DNA of 64,000 nucleotides from Catajapyx aquilonaris (lineage: Eukaryota): positions 1-64,000 of the forward strand of contig KZ538322.1 in NCBI GenBank assembly GCA_000934665.2. Direction: 5' to 3'. The notes under the pieces are model-generated. The model did no database searches and was not told the DNA's origin. It saw nothing but the letters and a program-made list of their open reading frames with translations. Each line of letters starts with the position of its first letter. Within the stretch, counting starts at the first letter, position 1. This document shows, piece after piece, positions 1 through 11,699 of this stretch. The translations under genes and the position numbers were made by a program.

Positions 1-448
1 TTCCACTAAATATTGCTCCTTGTCTCCGAAAACCCATTGACTGTGAATGGCTAACCCATTCAACCTATTTTCAGTCATTAGTGCTTCTTAGCCATGTTTT
101 AATTCGGCGAAGCGAGCTAAATGAACGTGAAATGAAATACCAAAAACCAACTTGTTAATTAATATTGTTCAAAAACTTGTTATTTCAATTTTTTCCACCT
201 TGGAAGGGGGGGGCAGCTGCCCCCCCCCTTCCCCCCNCCCCCTGGATACGTCCATGGCTGTTATAATATATTATAATAATTATACACTATATTCAACTAC
301 ATTCGACGATGCAATATTACTCATGTGATATCAATATTATTCCTTTCGAGGTTTTAGAAAGTTTTTTTTTCCGCGGGTGTGTTTGGTCTCCTATAGGCAA
401 CCAACGACAATATATTATTAATTCGCCCATTTCAAATGAAGGTGGTAT

Positions 449-896
449 CAGGGAGCATGTACTACATAAGAGGCGCAAACATTCGACTTTTGCGTCTCTC
501 TGTTTATAGGGCGTTGCCAAGGCTGGCGGCCATTTTGAAGTGTGTGGTACGCCAACGAGGTATAAATAGGATACAGGCATCAGGCCGTCAAGGTCCGCGG
601 GGGTCCGCCATCTTTGATGGTTTTGGCTGCCATGGCAATACACGGCAATAACAATTTACTTACCCATTCCAATATCGAATTCAAATTCGCACGTGTTCTT
701 GCCGTGTAGTTGCCATGGCAGCCAAAACCATCAAAGATGGCGGACCCTATTTTTGCCTGTACCCTATTTATACCTCGTTGGCGTACCACACACTACAAAA
801 TGGCCGCCAGCCTTGGCAACGCCCTATAAACAGAGAGACGCGAACATCAAAGGCGCCGACAGAAGTTTGCGCCTCTTATGTAGTATATGCTCCCTG
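449..896. mobile_element. Foldback MITE with ~200-bp inverted arms (CAGGGAGCAT...ATGCTCCCTG)
   Basis: The left half is the reverse complement of the right half; CA...TG termini; imperfect 7-bp flanking duplication GTGGTAT/GTGGGAT (P/hAT-like). Confidence 0.8.
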
Positions 897-1059
897 GTGG
901 GATGCTCTCAGAGTGGTGTGGGAAATGTAGGCCTATGATTTTCTGGATACAAGGGGCACCAGCAATGGATTACAACTGTGTTACACATAAAAATGCTACC
1001 TATAATAAATAGACACAATTGAAGACAAAATCTTTTGCTTCTTTATAATGTTTCTAATC

Positions 1060-3016
1060 GAGGCCAATCGACCCCATAACTTACTGACACGCCGATTTTC
1101 TATGATTTGAAAAATTCGTCATTTCCACCTTCACTATGGCTAATTCCACGCGTGACTTACACGACATGACACTCAGTTTATGCCTAACTTTTAAATTTTT
1201 AAACCACAAACGTAGCATTTAAGGAAAGGGTGTTTAGACCTAAATATGCACTTTGTATCTAAGTGTTAATTAATGTTTTGATTTTAACAGTTGCACATTT
1301 CATTCCAGTTATATAAATATATAAAGGAATGTGTCACTTACACGACAAGAAAGCCACTGGTAACGGAGGCTTCAGATATGAATGTAAAATTCTTCACAGT
1401 TATGACTTAATTGTTAGTGTTATTGTAGGGAAGATATTTTCAAAGACCCAAATTAAAATAATATTATGTGAACTTGGTGTTATGTTATTAATTTTACAAG
1501 AAATAAATTTTTTCTTTTGTGACTTACACGACACTCGAAACGTGACTTACACGACACTTTTGTCCTCATTGCTTTCTAATCAGATTTATGAGAAGGATTT
1601 TAGATTTTTAGGACAGAAACAAAGTAATCTCTCTTATTACATGTTATTTTATGAAAACATTTAAATGATAGGCCTAGATGAGAATGTGCAGGGCAACAAT
1701 TCTTATAATTAACATTATTTTGAACATGTATAATGCATGTATAATGTGTGTACCTGAGCAGACAGCAGTGGATTCATTGCATTGCCATGTGAGATGGCCA
1801 GGTGTGATACCTGATGGTCATCGCTGGCCACCCTGTCATGGAATACAATGAATACGTGAAGGCGGAATGTGTATGTAGGTCACTACAATGTATGTAGTCC
1901 ATATGTGTGTATAAAATGGTCTATAAATTGGTATAACTTGCCCAACAAAGCATGTAGTGAGTTCTGTCCATTACATTTGCAGTCAAGTCAAGTTAAAAAT
2001 AAACAATATAAAACGCAAGAATGGAAGCATTGGAAATAAGAGAATATTCTAGTTCATAATGTCCAAGTGTACTGAAATAATGGGATTTTCTTAGTCAGGA
2101 TAATAAACAACTTCTTTTACAGTAGGAGTTCACATTTCATCAAGCGTAGCTATTCTTCATTCAATGTCCTTTGATTCAATGAATATAATATTAATATTTG
2201 GATAAACTCTATGGGCAACTTCTGCAAATTCTCCAGCTGCGTTTGGATCAAACTGTCTGGCATTGATGGCTTCTCAAACTCTACATTTTATCTTCAAAGC
2301 GTCTCTCTCACTAAAAGTCACAATTTTTAAAAAAATTACACATTCCTTTTTGCCTTTCCAATGCACTTATCTAGAACAGCTCTTACTTCTCTTCTTGCTT
2401 TAACTATGACATTTGCTTTTTCTTCCATTCCACTACTGTAAGTGGCATTTTAACAGCCGGGAAACAATAGTGACAGTGGCATCCAAGCCGAAGTGTGACT
2501 TACACGACAAGAATTAAATGGCCATAATAATGTTCAGGCAAAAATTACCTCAAAATTATTACTATTATTTGAAGGGTCCTACTGTGTAGTGAGAAGGGAA
2601 TTAATATCAACTTTTAGATTTTGGTACTATAGCTAAAAAATTTAAAAAGGTCTAAAAACTGTGACTTACACGACACACATCAAAGATGGTATTTAAACTT
2701 GCTAAGTTTTATGCTGAATAAGTCATTGCAATGGAAAGATAAACATGTAGTAGCCTACATTCATCCAGTTCTTATGAGATAGAAATCACAGTTTACTGCA
2801 TGAAAAACACTAGATTACTTGTTGAATTATGAAGATTTTTATGGAGACTTAGAACAAAAAAATTTGCACACCCGCCATATTTGAAATAAACAGTGTTGTT
2901 AACTTGAATGTATGCGAAAATTCTCTAATATCTGTTGAAAAATAAAAAATACACAATCTCAGCTTTCAGAAAATATCTTAATATCATAGAAATTATTTAT
3001 TTTAACATCTGGCCCT
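1060..3016 (-). mobile_element. Internally deleted DNA transposon, possibly Sola-like, with repeated 15-mer GTGACTTACACGACA
   Basis: Six co-oriented copies of the 15-mer (1152, 1333, 1519, 1542, 2495, 2661). The minus-strand remnant IKCRV*EAINARQFDPNAAGEFAEVAHRVYPNINIIFIESKDIE (~2290-2160) resembles DDE transposase C-termini. Boundaries are approximate. Confidence 0.45.
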
Positions 3017-3505
3017 GATGTATACTTTTGCATGAAATTAGCCTATATATTATAATGTTGTCTACTTTGTCAAACGTGGAAAATACAGCCTACTGTTGGG
3101 ACATGTCATTTTTTTATTATACCGTTTCCAGTATGACTTTTCTCTGCAAATCCAATCATAACACGAGTCATATATTGTGTCAGGTGTGTGTGTGTTTTCA
3201 TACAAATAGGCTACTCCACATGAGTTGACATTCTTGTAGTTTCATAAACTAAAAAGAACACTTTCCTCAAGCAAACTTTGTAAGGATCATTCAACTTATT
3301 ACCTGGCGAAACAATTCATAAAATCCCTTGAATTGGGGACTTGGACACTGTGTACCACCATGTATATACCATCTTTACAATCTTCGTAATTATATTACTA
3401 CCATTGATCTGCAAGTTGTGAGGTTGAAGCGGCAAGTATGTCTTCAAAACATTGGAGACGTTGGAACTCCATGATTTTCGGTGCCGTGTGACCATCGCAG
3501 AGTTA

Positions 3506-3793
3506 ATGCAACGTGCACTGTTTCAGGAACGACTGAAGGCGAAGCAGAGGATCCAGGCTATTAAGGGTACCACGACCGAGATGGAGGTGCAAGAGCGTCT
3601 CAAGGAGGACGAAGCAGGCGCCATCGTCTGGCAGGCATATGCACCGAGGAGAACACGCTTACGTATCGTTCAAGACCTCCCTCGTTATAGACAATCCAAC
3701 TCCAAGTACGGGATCGACGCTGCTCTGCAGAAGTACACGGAGGTCCTCCCTCCCTTCGTTCTTCGACAGAATAAGCTTGATAAGAAACAGCTG
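3506..3793 (+). CDS. CIMAP2: CIMAP2/LEXM-like exon 1 (5' boundary uncertain)
   Basis: In-frame ATG at 3506 within ORF 3452..3820; donor CTG|GTCAGT at 3794, phase 0. Confidence 0.7.
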
Positions 3794-5195
3794 GTCAGTA
3801 GAACCAAGAGCTCTTGGTAGAACCGAGAATCATTTCATTGCAGGGTTGAATGAAACATCTCAACCGATTGCTGATGTCATTGTCATCATAATATCTGCAG
3901 CTCATGTGCTTTACTCAAGCTATAACAATATTACAGGTCACACTAAGAGGTCCGGGCTGTTACACCAAAGCCTACACGAGTTTCGTGAATAAGGCCAAAC
4001 CGTGCAGCATCCGGTGTTCCCTCTCAACCCTGGTACCACGCTTCAAGACTCACATGCAGGCCCATCCAGGCCCTGGGACCTACTTTCCCGAAGTGTTCCC
4101 CGTCGTCCCTAAACCCAACTCAGGCGCAGACCGTGCCCGTTTCCAACCCATGTCCAGAAACCCCCGTGGTAACAGCACAGTCTTTTCCATCATTGGCAAG
4201 GATTCTGTTGGTCCGGGTGGGGTGTACAACCTGGTATCCCCCATCGACAAGTATTTGGCAGAAAAGCGCTTCGGTCTCATAGACTTTCATAAGGCCGCTA
4301 GAGGCCAACATATTGGTACGTGCACTACTCTGGAGGTACTAAGTCGCTGGCCATGGTAATGTGTCGTTGTCACACTTCTTTTCCGCTCTCTCTAGGTACC
4401 ATGGAGAGAATTAGAAGAAAGACGAGGACCGGCCCCGGGATGTACAACATACCGATCCATGAATCGAGCCTTTCCCACTGGACAAAGACGATAGTAGGAC
4501 GTATGCTGAAAGCTGCCCGGTTTTTTCCAGAACGGCAGTTTCTGCGTCATGGGAGAGATTGTCTCGTGTTCTCAGAGGTGAGTAAACATGTAGCCTACCA
4601 TGCTACCAAGTATAGTCCAGTCTACCTGCCATAATATATTATGGCAAACAAGTATTATACTGTATACATTTATTCCCGTATGTTTTGTACAGAACAACTG
4701 TACCCCCGGGCCCTACGACATAAGGCAGGTCCCAAGGCCCAAGAATATCAAAGCCGTACCCTTCAATCAAAGCACAAGCAGGGAAGGACCTCTAATATGC
4801 TACGTAAGTTATTGACTACAATGTGGTCACCCGACATGCATAATGCATTGTTGTTGCTCGGCGTGTATGTTGAACAAAGCACTTGACATCCTTCTACTTC
4901 TATGTAGAACTCCTCCGTCCCTCCTTGCCGGTACTACCCGAACACCTTCCACGATTCTCGACATGTCAACGGCCACAGTAACATCTTCAAGTCCAAGATA
5001 CAGCGTTTCCCAGAGCTCCAGTCACACACGAAGAGTAGCAAGAAAAACTTGGAAAACGCCAATGTGAGGAACATTGTGGCTGAGCTATACGGCTCAGCCC
5101 AGGCGAAGAAGAACTGGGAGGACGAGGATAAGACCTGTAGGGAGATGAGAATCTCTGATACCACCAGGCGGGACTATTATTATCGTCGCAAATAA
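3506..5195 (+). CDS. CIMAP2: CIMAP2/LEXM (C1orf177)-like ciliary microtubule-associated protein with PGPG(Y) SHIPPO/STPG-type repeats; 5 exons: 3506-3793, 3937-4315, 4396-4577, 4693-4803, 4908-5195 (~415 aa)
   Basis: Four GT-AG introns with compatible phases (0,1,0,0) join overlapping ORF fragments into one frame ending at TAA 5193-5195, with AATAAA at 5249-5254. Motifs RGPGCY, KPCSIRCSLSTLVPRF..HPGPGTY, VGPGGVY, TGPGMY, TPGPY and HVNGHSNIFKSKIQRF resemble the LEXM/CIMAP2 sequence as I recall it (KPCSTRGLLSSGEVRF..YPGPGNY). The start codon is uncertain: an upstream exon spliced to the AG at 3525-3526 is possible. Confidence 0.8.
3937..4315 (+). CDS. CIMAP2: CIMAP2/LEXM-like exon 2
   Basis: Acceptor TTACAG|GTC; encodes VTLRGPGCY...HPGPGTY...VGPGGVY; donor G|GTACGT at 4316, phase 1. 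Confidence 0.85.
4396..4577 (+). CDS. CIMAP2: CIMAP2/LEXM-like exon 3
   Basis: Pyrimidine tract and TCTAG| acceptor, phase 1 matches; encodes TGPGMYNIP; donor GAG|GTGAGT at 4578. Confidence 0.85.
4693..4803 (+). CDS. CIMAP2: CIMAP2/LEXM-like exon 4
   Basis: Acceptor TTTTGTACAG|AAC; encodes NNCTPGPYDIRQ...PLICY; donor TAC|GTAAGT at 4804. Confidence 0.85.
4908..5195 (+). CDS. CIMAP2: CIMAP2/LEXM-like exon 5 (terminal)
   Basis: Acceptor TATGTAG|AAC; 96 open codons to TAA; encodes CRYYP..HVNGHSNIFKSKIQRFP. Confidence 0.85.
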   Translation, partial: NSSVPPCRYYPNTFHDSRHVNGHSNIFKSKIQRFPELQSHTKSSKKNLENANVRNIVAELYGSAQAKKNWEDEDKTCREMRISDTTRRDYYYRRK

Positions 5196-5248
5196 CTCAA
5201 AGAGGAATAATGCACGTCACCGGAATGAGTCCTTTTGAAGCCACATGA

Positions 5249-5254
5249 AATAAA
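5249..5254 (+). terminator. Polyadenylation signal AATAAA of the CIMAP2-like gene
   Basis: Canonical hexamer 54 nt after the stop codon, followed by T-rich sequence. Confidence 0.65.
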
Positions 5255-5477
5255 CGCATTATTGCTTTGGATCATACAATCATAAGAACTTGTATATTTT
5301 TATTATACTGGCAGGAGGGCGGAGTAAGGGCGGGGGAGGGGAGAGTCGATTGTATGATACGTACACATGTATTATGTTAGGCGCAAACCCTGAAAAATGA
5401 AGGGGGAAAAAGCGTTTCGAGGAATGCTCTTTCCTAAAGGGCAGATGGCGAAATTCTTCTTTTCAAACCATCCATTT

Positions 5478-6456
5478 TAGTCCGGGACTTAAGCGCAAAA
5501 AACAGACCTAACTGTGCACTTTGTGATAAGGTGCCACGTGGTACACATGTTGCCTAGGCCTATAGGATTCATTTGAGAGTTGGCGGCACCTGATCGGCCC
5601 CTTAGGTCACGAGTTATGCGGTGTTGCCAAGAATGCCAATCCATGATGCTCAAAACATGGAAATATCCTAAAACCGCATGAGAATGGCAGAAAATGATAC
5701 AGACGCACTCTGCCGATGTATTACAAGGTTATGAGGTGACACCTGTCCATAACGGACCCTGAGTTTAGCGAAAACATGTCAATTGCGGAATTTTCTGTAA
5801 ACTGAGGATACAAATGACATGAAATGTTTTCTCTCTCTCTCTCTTTTTGACCTAAGGGGCCGATCCGGTGCCGCCATCTCTCAAATGGCTCCTATAGGCC
5901 TAGAGAACATGTCTGCCAAGTGGAACCTTCTTATCACAAAGTGCAGAGTTAAAACGCTTAGGTCCCAGACCAGGTAGACAACACCGCATAACTCGTTACC
6001 TAAGGGGCTGATCCGGTGCGGCCATCTCTCAAATAGCTCATATAGGCCTAAATAACATCATTAACATGTCTTCCAAATGGCCCCTTCTTATCACAAAATG
6101 CAAAGTTAAAAACCGTTAAAAACGCTTAGGTCCCGGACCAGGTTGGCAACACCGCATAACTCTTGGCCTAACTCGAGACCTAATGGGCTGATAGGGTGCC
6201 ACCATCTCCCAAACGGCTCATACAGGCCTAGGGAACATGTGTACCAAGTGGTACCTTCTTATCACAAAGTGCAAAGTTAAAAACGCTTAGGTCATCCCGG
6301 ACCAGGTTGGCAACACCGCATAACTCGTGACTTATAAGGGGCCGATCAGGTGCTGCCAACTCTCAAATGAATCATATAGCCCTAGGGAACATGTGTACCA
6401 AGTGGCACATTCTTATCACAATGTGCAAAGTTAAAATGCTTATAGGGCCCGTACTA
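5478..6456. mobile_element. Non-autonomous element with one inverted and four tandem ~150-180 bp subterminal units
   Basis: Unit (TAAGGGGCCGATCCGGTGCCGCCATCTCTCAAAT...CTTATCACAAAGTGCA...GGCAACACCGCATAACTCG) starts at 5853, 6001, 6181 and 6335, with an inverted copy at ~5490-5630; ends TAGTCCGGG / CCCGTACTA. Confidence 0.7.
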
Positions 6457-6664
6457 TTTCGCGAAATGCTCTCTTTAAAAACGGACAGATAGCGGAATGG
6501 TCGTTTTAAAAACAGCCGGAACGCTTTTCAGGACTAAAGGAAAGTGTCAGGACGCGAATTTTGTGCCGTGGCTGGTTCAGAAAACCCCCATAACTCCTTG
6601 TGGCTGATTTTTTTTGTTTCCCACTACGCCATCGCCAGCATGTAGAATGATGCTGGAAATGAAT

Positions 6665-7348
6665 CACCCTATTGTTATTTGGCAAATGGTTGAAATACTT
6701 AACATCTAATGACCCTGTTTATTAGCATTATTAGTCTACTTGTACATCTTTTTCCAGGAACTGTTACCTTCAATGTCTATTTGTTCTTAGAGGCACTGTT
6801 AGAGTGACACTTCGAATTACATTTAGCCTACTCGAACGACATTATTATATTTCTTATCAATGCAGTACCTTTTGCAACTGAAACTTACGAATCCCTGCAT
6901 ACTACCTGAATTTAAAGCTGAAACCGAAGATACTGAACAGGAAGAAACTTCGTTCATATTGATAAAATTTGAATCAGCAATATTGTGACCAGTGAACTCA
7001 TTGCGAGCTGACAGCCTGTGTAAAAATGCCTTCCTTGGTGTCCAAGTGGTAGACTTGCAGATTCTCACTATCACAAGGACGTCTACACTTCAATAAAAAC
7101 TGCCGAAGAGGAATTAGAACAGCTCTTTACCTCACAAATTGGGAGCAATAAAATATAAGCTGATGAAAACGAAGACGCTAACAACAGCAGAAGAGATGAA
7201 GACTCGGGTGAAGATGGACCCAAGACTGTGTTAAAATGAAACAGTTGAGAAAGTGACTGTGCGGATTATGGAAAAAAAGTATTCTGGTGCTCACAGGGGT
7301 CATTAGATGTTAAGTATTTCACCCCATTTGCCAAACAACAATAGGGTG
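6665..7348. mobile_element. TIR element (MITE) with ~55-bp TIRs CACCCTATTGTT...AACAATAGGGTG
   Basis: Clear inverted repeats at 6665-6718 and ~7293-7348; AT on both flanks. Confidence 0.75.
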
Positions 7349-8181
7349 ATTGATTTTTTGTACCCCTGTCATGCGTTTCATCCGATGGACGGCGATGTCA
7401 AAGTCGTAACAATAAATGTTTTAGTTTACTCTACCTAGAAACTGGACTATTCTGATGTACAGTCACAGTAACATAAGTACTCATCAGGATGTTTTAATAA
7501 ATTTGTTTCCACCATGTGTTACTGAACAGATAACGCCCGCAATTGAATCTAGCAATTTGTTTGATGGCTAACCCCCATATTTAATATCTCCACATTGTAG
7601 GGGCAGTCAAAGAACATCTCCTTACTTGACTACCTTCCCATGACCGTCTCTTGGAAGAACACCTGCATGGTCTCAGGCTACTTCCTCCTAACCCATTTCA
7701 GGACCCCCAGGTCAAACTCCACCCGCCACATCCCCCAAGGGTCACCTCTCAGCCTGGATAACTTTAACCTTCGCCACAAAAAAAATGTATTTTTTTCATG
7801 CCCTTTCTGATGTCCATGTGTTGATTTGAGTGAGTTTCTCTTCACGCTCTGGACCCCTTCGTTCCGCCACCTTCTAAAAAAAATGAAAAAAAAGTTAGTG
7901 CGACCCCACCCTCCTTTCTGAATGGTGATCCCCTCCTCCTTTCATGCCGCATCATTTGCATGTGCAACGTAATTAGTTCTCTAAAGGGACCAGGTGGACT
8001 CGTTCATGAATGGAAAGGTCTGGGTTTGCCTTCCTATACCCGCACCTCCTAGCTGTTTCTTATTGGGGTATCATGTACCGTCGCCACCAAAAGATAGGCA
8101 CATAGTAACACTGTTACTATGTGCCTATCTTTTGTGTCTTTTGAAAAGACACATAAACGACTATAAAGCCTGCACGTGTAC

Positions 8182-8319
8182 TATGGGGCTAAAATTGTTT
8201 TGGCCACTTTATCCTGGTCTTGAAGCAACCCTTCGCACAAGCCCCACGGTGAGCAGGTGTGTGTGTGAAGGGTTGCTTCAAGACCAGGATAAAGTGGCCA
8301 AAACAATTTGAGCCCCATA
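8182..8319. mobile_element. ~140-bp hairpin MITE (TATGGGGCT(C/A)AAATTGTTTTGGCC family)
   Basis: ~52-bp TIRs; second full copy at 19468-19620 and a truncated copy at 19268-19304. Confidence 0.85.
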
Positions 8320-8381
8320 TACACTGTAGGCCTACAGTATAGTCTCCGGACCTTCGTATGATCCGGATATCGGCCACGTAA

Positions 8382-9089
8382 GGGGTCGTGCAAATACCAC
8401 GTGACCAATTTTAGGCCACTTTTTGACCGCCCTCCCCCCCAGTGACCAACCGTGGTATCCATTGAAACCCCCCTCCGCCCCCCCCTTTTTTCACGTGGTT
8501 TTTTAAAATGTCAATGTTATCAGAAAAAACGCGTTCCAAAATGATAGCTCCTCAACTAAACTGTTTAACCCTGGAACCGTGCCGTGCCTACGAGTATTAC
8601 GGCAACCGTGCCGTGGGGTCTTTTCGGACCCCACCATATTTTAATTTTTATTAATTATTATATTATACTTTTCAATGTATTGACTATATACAATCATTCT
8701 TTGAACAATGCCTAAAAGGATGGCTAATTCAAAATAAACCTGCACTTTCTGTTATATACTGTAAAAAAAATGGCAAAAGTTCATTGTAATTATCATTTTA
8801 ATGCATTTTTTCCCTTGGGGTCCGAAAAGACCCCACGGCACAGTTCCAGGGTTAAGCACGTAAAAAAACATGTCTCCCCATGTTTTCGGGGTCGCTGATT
8901 TGGAATTTTACGTTATTTTGAACCCATGTGCATTTGTAAAAGCTCCCATATGTGCCCATTTACCATGTTCAGAGATACCACATGAATTTTCGCCGAACCC
9001 CCCCCCCCCTCCCCCCCGTGACCAACCGTGGTATATCAGCAGACCTCCTCCTCCCCCCCAAAACAGTCACTTGGTATTTGCACGACCCC
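8382..9089. mobile_element. PIF/Harbinger-like MITE with TAA TSD
   Basis: TAA|GGGGTCGTGCAAATACCACGTGAC ... GTCACTTGGTATTTGCACGACCCC|TAA. Confidence 0.8.
8569..8851. mobile_element. piggyBac-like MITE (TTAA TSD) nested in the Harbinger-like MITE
   Basis: TTAA|CCCTGGAACCGTG...CACAGTTCCAGGG|TTAA; same family as 59373-59655 (opposite orientation). Confidence 0.85.
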
Positions 9090-9299
9090 TAATATGGATG
9101 GCCAAGTGTGCAAGTAAAAAATTGAAATTTTTAGCATTACTGAGTTACTACTTCCAATGAAGTACACAATACATATATTTAACTTATATTGTAACTCGAA
9201 AACACATTCTGGTCAGTAATTATTATTGGGAGTAATTATTTACCACTTCAATATTTTACTTTCGGGTTACTACGAACTTGCTATTTGCTCACTATGCTA

Positions 9300-11614
9300 C
9301 TGTGTTACCCAGTCTATGCCAGGGATCAGAGAAACCTTGCAAAAATTCTAATTCCAATAGAAAACTGGTAGCCGCTGGTAGCATTGTTGCCGTCTGGTAG
9401 TGCAGTCGACAGTAATAGTACAGAGTAATGCCCAGGAGAAAGGGACAGATGGCGCTGTTCATACATTTTGGGAGGTACTGGCCAAGCTGTTGAGCATAAC
9501 AGGGACACTTGCGTAAGAACGGAAGCAAGGCCTGTTGCTTCCAGAAAGAAGCATATAAAAAAAGACTGAGATAAGAAACACCTGTAATTCCAGCATCTGT
9601 TGTATTTGCGAACATTTGCGTAATATTTTTTTGTCATTGAACTTTGCACACTGCGTAACTAGCTGTGACCCACCCTATGAATATGTGATTTGCTCTGGTT
9701 ATCATTCTGTAAGGACGCAGCAGGGGCCTTTACGATGAGCAGCATTTCAAGCGCCTTCAATAGAGGATGTTTATAAGAGTGCGTGAGTAACCTTTGCACG
9801 CTCATATGGGGACGAGGAAAGGGCAGGGCATGGGTCAGAGAAGGTTCACTTCGTCCGCATCCGGAAGGTGGGGTTGGACACTACAAACACGAACACGTGT
9901 GCAAGGATGAACCAAGCATGAAGAACCCAATTTTTTAAATATTAAAAAAATAAAATAAAGGGGACTCTGTGTGTAAATGCTTCAGTAGATGGGATCGATT
10001 CTAATGATTGAATGTAAGGGGAGTTGTCCAGATTTGGATGTGGAATAATTTAGTGACTAATTGAATGGGTGCTTCATCCTGCAGGATTGACCCACGTCAA
10101 GTCCAATGTGGTCTAGACTCGGAGACATGACTCATTTCACACACTCTTTGAAGCAGGTGGTCCCGTTTGGCAGGTGCTTAGGAAATGTCAATAAGTCAAT
10201 TGGCGTATCAAGATTCTTCATTAAAAATGGTGGGTACTGGCTTCAAGATTGGAACGAAATGACGACTCTTGGGGGTGTCATTTTGTGATTTTGTTTTTTT
10301 TTTAGAATAAGAAAAAAATGCAGCTGCCGACTCAAAACGAGGGTTAGCACAGAATTGCCTGATAAGATATGGACGAAAGGTGGCGGGGTTGGGGAAAAAA
10401 GAAAAGGTGTGCAAGGCAGAGTGTCCAGGTGTAATCTTGCGCTCGGAAGCAGCAGGAGAAACACAGTGGCCAGCTGTGGCTGACCGCAAATTTGGAAGAG
10501 ACCGTTTTTCTTCCTTCTTGCTTTTTGTCTCCTCTAGGTCGACCCCCTCCTCTCACCTCTCATTTTTGGCCCTCTTTCAGTCTTTCTCCATCTTTTCTCT
10601 CCATGCCACCACCCCAGCAGATGGTGGCTTCTGGGCCTCTTTTGGGACTTTTCTTGCGTGTGGACAAATTTTTGGAAGGAATCTCATAGACCTTTTTTTA
10701 CACGGTTTGCTTCCCAACCTCCTTGTAAAAATAGTTTATGGCCTTCGTATCTGCTAACACGTGTTGGCAGTCACTGAAATGGGGGATAATGATGTACAGC
10801 GGTAGTTTAAACTAATGAAACACCATGTTTGGTATTTTGAGGTAATTTAGCTCACTTTTTCGTTTTTTTCCCCGTCAATATATTGAGCAGAAGACTTCGA
10901 AAAAATGTGATTCTGATTAATGAAATCTCCTCAGGCTTTTTCAGCTGGTTGTTTATTAGTCATCAGGCTGTGATTATTATTCTTTAGTGTCATTTTATAA
11001 TAGATTCCACACAGAAACAATTAGGAAAATCTTCCTTGTGGTGTAATTTGCTGGTTCTACCCGACCAGGTGTTGGGACAGTATCACATGGCCCTAGAAGC
11101 TTTCTCGTTACCCATCTGCCTGACCTATCTCCTCCACATATGCACAGATGACAAGCGCGCCCTTAATATTTATTCCAATTATTGCAAATTGGAACAACTG
11201 TTCCGGATATTTGATGGGAGTCGAAGGTCTATTCGTCTATTCCAGCAAGCAGCCAAGCAGCCACTGTTTTGGTGGGCAATGGCAAAAAGTGATGGGGTGT
11301 GTGAAAAGAGTGGACAAAAGGGGCGGGCGTCCCTCCCTAAACTCCTCTACTAATGGAGCCCAGTTTGCCCACAAACTCCCAGACCTTCCAGGTCCTGCCA
11401 TTCATTTCCCACAAGCTTCTGCCACTGCCTTGGAGACGGGGGGTAGAGAGGGAGATGGGGGATGAGAGAATACCTGCCTCGGTAAAGGCACCTTAGAAAG
11501 GTGGGGGGGCAGAAGGAAAACCTAGCCTAGGCCCTCCCTCGATGGACAAATAATGGTGATAAAAAGAACCCCCATACCACAGTTTTTTATTGCTCGCTTG
11601 GCTTTTTGAAATAC

Positions 11615-11699
<85 letters not shown>

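Noticed and set aside
317..938. Mutually similar short ORFs on opposite strands (also 58960-59386, 8181-8462, 19276-19870)
   Set aside because: Artefacts of palindromic MITEs
1152..2675. Recurring 15-mer as CRISPR-like repeat
   Set aside because: Spacing is highly irregular (23 to ~950 bp); better explained as transposon subterminal motifs
5853..6456. Repeat array as possible CRISPR
   Set aside because: Long tandem units with no unique spacers, eukaryotic context and no cas genes
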